This document shows positions 6,683-10,566 of a stretch of DNA of 10,566 nucleotides, piece after piece. Below the pieces are notes generated by a model. It ran no database searches, had not been told where the DNA came from, and saw only the letters and a list, made by a program, of their open reading frames with translations. The stretch lies in assembly GCA_043754515.1 (NCBI GenBank), contig JAYUUO010000187.1, positions 1 through 10,566 of the forward strand, given 5' to 3'. Made by a program: the position numbers and the translations under genes. The stretch comes from Armatimonadota bacterium (lineage in GTDB: Bacteria; Armatimonadota; Armatimonadia; Armatimonadales; Armatimonadaceae). How positions within the stretch are numbered: position 1 is the first letter of the stretch; each line of letters starts with the position of its first letter.

Positions 6683-8497
6683 TTGTCCTTTGCCGCCCGC
6701 GCCGAAGAGAAGCCTGATCTTGCCCCGAAGGGGTCGCCGCGCGGCATAGCCGATCTGTTCCGCGATCCCACCTTCCTCGGGTTCCTCGCCATCGTCCGCC
6801 AGTACAAAGGGCTGTACGCGATCAGCCTCGCCGCGCAGTTCGTCGAGATCGGATTGAGCCTCTGGTTTGCGGATACGACCCGCCGGCTGTTCGACGCCGC
6901 GCCGCGCGTGCCACCCGTGCTCCTCTCCCAAATCCTGATAACCCTTTCTGTGATCGCGCTGTCCCGGCTCGCCGCGACGTTCGTCACGAACTGGGTGCAG
7001 TCGCTCCTGAACGAGTCCGTCGTGTACCAGATGCGGCGTAGCGTATTGGCGCACCTGCAAAGTCTGCCGCTCTCGTTCCACGAGAAGAACCACTCATCGG
7101 GTGCCTTCAACGTTATCTACAACGAACTGGAAGTATCCAAAGAGTTCGTCGTCTTCCACATCCAGTCGCTGATCGCCCTGCCCATCTCGTTCATATCGGC
7201 GGGCCTGTACCTGCTTACGGTGCATCCGCTCCTCGGCGTCATCGCGCTCGTGATCGGGCCGCTCCAACTCTTGAGTAATCTGGTTCGGAAGAAGCGGTTC
7301 GCGGAGGCGGTCACCCTACAACGCAAGGTCAGCCGCGAAGTGTTCCGCCAGATCAGCGAAACCCTGAACGGCGTCCGCGAGATCAAGTCGAACCAACTGG
7401 AGTCGCTGGTGGACGAGCGGATGAGCGACATTCAGAAGCGGGGCGTCGCCTACAACGTCCTGCTCACGCAAATTTCCACGCTACGATCCATCGCGAAGAA
7501 TCTGCCTAGTGAACTCGGGTATGTTGTCGGTGTCGCGGCGGGCGCGGTGCTGATGACGCGCGGGCAGATCGGGCCGGGCGGACTCGTCGCGTTCATCTCA
7601 CTCCTGGACAAGGTCTCGGTACCGTTTACATCGCTCGTCGAGATCGTGAACAACCTCCAGAAGATGCTGAGCGGTTCGCGGCACCTTTTCGAGATCATGG
7701 GGACACCGGGCGAGGAGTTGAAGCGGGGCGAAACGCTCGCGCTCGCGCCGGATCGGGGGCCGGACGTCGTTTTCGAGGACGTGTCGTTCGGCTACGGTCC
7801 GGACAAGCGGACGCTGGACGGGATTTCGTTTACGCTTCCCGCCGGTGCCTCGCTCGCGCTGGTCGGCCCGAGCGGGTCGGGGAAGTCCACGCTGATCAAG
7901 CTCCTGTACCGATTCTACGAGCCGGACGCAGGCGCGATCCATCTAGCGGGCCGCCCGATCACCGACTACAGCGTTGACTCCGTGCGCCGCGCGATGGCAC
8001 TTGTCTCGCAGGACATATTTCTCTTCGACGGCACGGTTCGGGAGAACATCGTCCTCGGACGGCCTGACGCCTCGGGCGAGGAGATCGAACGCGCGGCGCG
8101 GCTGGCGCAAGCCGACGTTTTCATCCGCGAACTCGCGGACGGCTACGACTCCGAGATCGGTGAGCGGGGAATCAGACTATCCCACGGTCAGAAGCAACGG
8201 CTTTCCATCGCCCGCGCGATCCTGCGCGACGCGTCGCTACTGGTGCTGGACGAGCCGACGTCCGCGCTCGACGTCGAGACGGAGGCCTCATTCCAGCGCG
8301 ATCTGGGCGAGTGGGCGACCCATTGCACGAAGATCATTATCGCGCACCGGCTGTCCACGATCCGGGACGCCGACTACGTGCTGTTCCTTGAGGCGGGGCG
8401 CGTGGTGGAGTTCGGCACACCCGGCGAGTTGCTCAAACGCCCCGAAAGCCGGTTCGCCGATTACTGGGCGCGGCAGGGGATGTTGGCGTTCAAGTGA
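6683..8497 (+). CDS. ABC exporter, fused permease/ATP-binding protein (MsbA/Sav1866-type)
   Basis: TTG start with AAGGAG at 6671-6676, N-terminal multi-TM domain, Walker A GPSGSGKST, Q-loop VSQD, signature LSHGQKQR, Walker B LLVLDE, D-loop SALD, H-loop IAHRLST. Confidence 0.95.
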   Translation: MSFAARAEEKPDLAPKGSPRGIADLFRDPTFLGFLAIVRQYKGLYAISLAAQFVEIGLSLWFADTTRRLFDAAPRVPPVLLSQILITLSVIALSRLAATFVTNWVQSLLNESVVYQMRRSVLAHLQSLPLSFHEKNHSSGAFNVIYNELEVSKEFVVFHIQSLIALPISFISAGLYLLTVHPLLGVIALVIGPLQLLSNLVRKKRFAEAVTLQRKVSREVFRQISETLNGVREIKSNQLESLVDERMSDIQKRGVAYNVLLTQISTLRSIAKNLPSELGYVVGVAAGAVLMTRGQIGPGGLVAFISLLDKVSVPFTSLVEIVNNLQKMLSGSRHLFEIMGTPGEELKRGETLALAPDRGPDVVFEDVSFGYGPDKRTLDGISFTLPAGASLALVGPSGSGKSTLIKLLYRFYEPDAGAIHLAGRPITDYSVDSVRRAMALVSQDIFLFDGTVRENIVLGRPDASGEEIERAARLAQADVFIRELADGYDSEIGERGIRLSHGQKQRLSIARAILRDASLLVLDEPTSALDVETEASFQRDLGEWATHCTKIIIAHRLSTIRDADYVLFLEAGRVVEFGTPGELLKRPESRFADYWARQGMLAFK

Positions 8498-8553
8498 GTT
8501 TGCGAAGCTACCAGCGCGAGTACGAGCGGTGAACCGCCCGACCCGCGAAGGAC

Positions 8554-8600
8554 TTCTCGTGTGGGCAGTCCAGCCGCGATGCGACCGCTCCACACGAGGG
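8554..8600. repeat. Long imperfect inverted repeat (hairpin) in the intergenic spacer
   Basis: CTCGTGTGG (8556-8564) is exactly complementary to CCACACGAG (8590-8598). The stem extends inward via GCAGTC/GACCGC (one bulge, one mismatch) and outward by two G-U pairs. Confidence 0.6.
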
Positions 8601-8627
8601 CTTGAAATGGCGGGCGTTGACAACCCG

Positions 8628-8659
8628 TTTACCGGTTGGCCCATGTAGCGCGATATAGT
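8628..8659 (+). promoter_or_regulatory. Putative promoter of the 2OG oxygenase/nucleotidyltransferase operon
   Basis: CGCG-A-TATAGT at 8649-8659 with TTTACC at 8628-8633. SD GGAGG at 8674-8678 follows. Confidence 0.5.
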
Positions 8660-8683
8660 CCTCCAGTGCGACCGGAGGATGAT

Positions 8684-9283
8684 ATGACGCAAGAAGCGAT
8701 TGACGGCGGGCGGGTGTTCGTGATCCGCGATTTCCTGACGCCCGACGAGTGCGACGAATTTATAGCAGACACGGAAAAGGCCGGGTACGCGGACGCCCCG
8801 ATCACGACGCCGGGCGGGTTCGTGATGCGCAAGGACATACGCGACAACACCCGCGTCATGCGGGACGACCCGGACCTTGCCGCTATCCTTTTAGCCAGAG
8901 CTAGTGCCTTTTTGCCTGAGCAAATAGGCATATGGGGTCTGTCCGGGCTAAATGAGCGGTTCCGCTTCTACCGCTACGAGAACGGGCAGACGTTCCGCCG
9001 ACATTTCGACGGCAGTTTCGACCGTAACCGAAGCGAGGCAAGTTTTTTGACGTTCATGGTGTATCTGAACGACGGCTTCGAGGGCGGCGACACCGTGTTC
9101 TACTATAACGATGGGCGGGAAAGAGCGCGTGTCGTTCCCACGCGGGGGATGGCACTGGTTTTCGAGCACCAGCAGTTGCACGAGGGAGCACCGGTCGAAA
9201 GCGGGCGCAAGTACGTGTTGCGCTCCGACGTCATGTACGCGCTGAACCCGCGAGGAGAAGATTACGATGTCGCTACTCAATAA
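8684..9283 (+). CDS. 2-oxoglutarate/Fe(II)-dependent oxygenase, prolyl-4-hydroxylase-like family
   Basis: FLTPDEC, GLNERFRFYRY, HFD (HxD), TFMVYLND..EGG.T.F, distal His in LHEG, KYVLRSDVMY. Start placed at ATG 8684 after GGAGG. Confidence 0.9.
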   Translation: MTQEAIDGGRVFVIRDFLTPDECDEFIADTEKAGYADAPITTPGGFVMRKDIRDNTRVMRDDPDLAAILLARASAFLPEQIGIWGLSGLNERFRFYRYENGQTFRRHFDGSFDRNRSEASFLTFMVYLNDGFEGGDTVFYYNDGRERARVVPTRGMALVFEHQQLHEGAPVESGRKYVLRSDVMYALNPRGEDYDVATQ

Positions 9284-10196
9284 ACGCACGCACGCCAGCC
9301 TTGTGCAGTCCCTGTCCGCGAAGGGCCTCGCGCAACCGCCGAAATGGCTCCCGAACGCCGTTGCGTACGAGACGCTGATGGGTAGCGTCGCCTACGGCGT
9401 TTCCAGCGACACGTCCGACTGCGACGTATACGGCTTCTGTCTGCCGCCGAAAGAGCTGGTCTTCCCGCACCTCGCGGGCGAGATCGCCGGGTTCGGTCGG
9501 CAGCTGCCGCGCTTCGACGTGTACCAGGAGCACCACATCAGCGACCCATCCGCGCTCGGCGGGCAGGGGCGCGAGTTCGACCTGACCGTGTTCTCCATCG
9601 TCCGCTTCTTCCATCTCGCGATGGAGAACAACCCGAACATCCTCGACTCGCTGTTCACCCCGGTGAGTTGCGTGATCCACTCAACCCGGGTCGGCGAGCA
9701 TGTGCGCGAGAACCGGCGGATTTTCCTGCACAAGGGTGCGTGGCACAAGTTCAAAGGCTACGCGTACTCGCAACTACACAAGATGGAAATCAAGACGCCC
9801 CAGGAAGGTAGCCGGCGCGCGGAACTGGTCGAGCAACACGGCTTCGATTCGAAGTTCGCGTACCACACGGTACGGTTGCTCGACGAGGTGGAGCAGATCC
9901 TGACCGGCGGCGACATTGACCTGCAACGCGACAAGGAGCGTTTGAAGGCGATCCGGCGCGGCGATTGGACGGCGGAGCAGGTGAAGGAGTTCTTTACGCA
10001 AAAGGAGCGCGACCTGGAGGCAGTGTACGAGGCCAGCACGCTACCGCACGAGCCGGACGAGACGAAGATCAAGTCGCTCCTACTCGAATGTCTGGAGATG
10101 CACTTCGGCTCGCTGGAAAAGGCGGTCGTCGTGCCGGGGCGGGAGCGAGAACTGCTCGCTCAAATCAAAGAGTTGTGCGACAAGGCAGGCGTATAA
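9267..10196 (+). CDS. DNA polymerase beta-superfamily nucleotidyltransferase, RlaP/YcgL-like (PF10127-type)
   Basis: GSVAYG.....SDCDVYG (GS plus DxD), D.TVFS..RFF.LA...NPNILD.LF, KFKGYA.SQL, GFDSK.AYH.VRLL, L.AIRRG. SD GAGGAG at 9252-9257. Overlaps the upstream gene by 17 nt. Confidence 0.88.
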   Translation: MSLLNKRTHASLVQSLSAKGLAQPPKWLPNAVAYETLMGSVAYGVSSDTSDCDVYGFCLPPKELVFPHLAGEIAGFGRQLPRFDVYQEHHISDPSALGGQGREFDLTVFSIVRFFHLAMENNPNILDSLFTPVSCVIHSTRVGEHVRENRRIFLHKGAWHKFKGYAYSQLHKMEIKTPQEGSRRAELVEQHGFDSKFAYHTVRLLDEVEQILTGGDIDLQRDKERLKAIRRGDWTAEQVKEFFTQKERDLEAVYEASTLPHEPDETKIKSLLLECLEMHFGSLEKAVVVPGRERELLAQIKELCDKAGV

Positions 10197-10217
10197 AACG
10201 GGAGGAATGGAAAACCA

Positions 10218-10556
10218 ATGGGGATGTATAACGACAATCAGCATACGAACCGAACGGCGTGGGAGTTCACGTATACGGGGGCGGAACTGCTCGCCGCCGC
10301 GCGGGTCAAGCATCGGGAGTTCTTCGACAAGGAGAAGGCAGCCCGCGCACAGATGTCGACGTTTATGGTGGACATGAATGTTGCGCAGTCAGACGGGCGT
10401 ATCCTGCAATGCAAGAAGGACATCGAGAGCGCGGGTTCGGAGCGCGAGCGATGCACGGTGTGGATCCACGAGTTCAGTCGAAGGCCGGAACAGGAGTACG
10501 TCTCGGAGTTAGGCGACGTGACCTATTTCGATCTTGCCCCCGATCCGGCGGGATAA
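10218..10556 (+). CDS. Hypothetical 112-aa predicted helical protein
   Basis: GGAGGA at 10201-10206, 21 nt after the NTase stop, natural-looking composition (RTAWEFTYTGAELLAAA...W...P...GDVTYF). Confidence 0.75.
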   Translation: MGMYNDNQHTNRTAWEFTYTGAELLAAARVKHREFFDKEKAARAQMSTFMVDMNVAQSDGRILQCKKDIESAGSERERCTVWIHEFSRRPEQEYVSELGDVTYFDLAPDPAG

Positions 10557-10566
10557 CGGCGGGCGC

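Noticed and set aside
8617..8622. Perfect TTGACA as the -35 of the oxygenase operon
   Set aside because: 31 nt from TATAGT, with no -10-like hexamer at 16-18 nt. Retained only as part of the GTTGACAAC palindrome.
9267..10196. CBASS cyclase or MNT-HEPN antitoxin interpretation of the NTase
   Set aside because: The motif set (NPNIL..LF, GYA.SQL, K.AYH.VRLL) fits the RlaP/YcgL type, and no Cap effector or HEPN gene is adjacent in the window.
1..10566. CRISPR array, tRNA/rRNA, transposase or integrase
   Set aside because: No regularly spaced repeats, cloverleaf-like segments or recombinase motifs were seen by eye.

Overview
GC-rich bacterial chromosomal window, probably from a diderm; an Armatimonadota-like origin is only my impression from gene content. 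In order it contains: the 3' end of a class-III aminotransferase, a small membrane/exported gene apparently interrupted by an in-frame TAG, and a partial histidine cluster (hisB-hisH-[Uma2/DUF820 nuclease-like gene]-hisA, with no hisF). Next come two hypothetical membrane proteins (one built from an internal tandem duplication) and a DUF3187-like outer-membrane barrel gene divergent from a fused ABC exporter with a variant LSHGQ signature. After a structured 186-nt spacer begins a tightly coupled operon: 2OG-Fe(II) oxygenase, Pol-beta-superfamily (RlaP/YcgL-like) nucleotidyltransferase and an unknown 112-aa protein. This operon is the best candidate for an undescribed RNA-repair or conflict system. 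Four intergenic regions share a YGCGNTATRNT extended -10 motif. All family assignments come from motif recognition by eye, not database searches.
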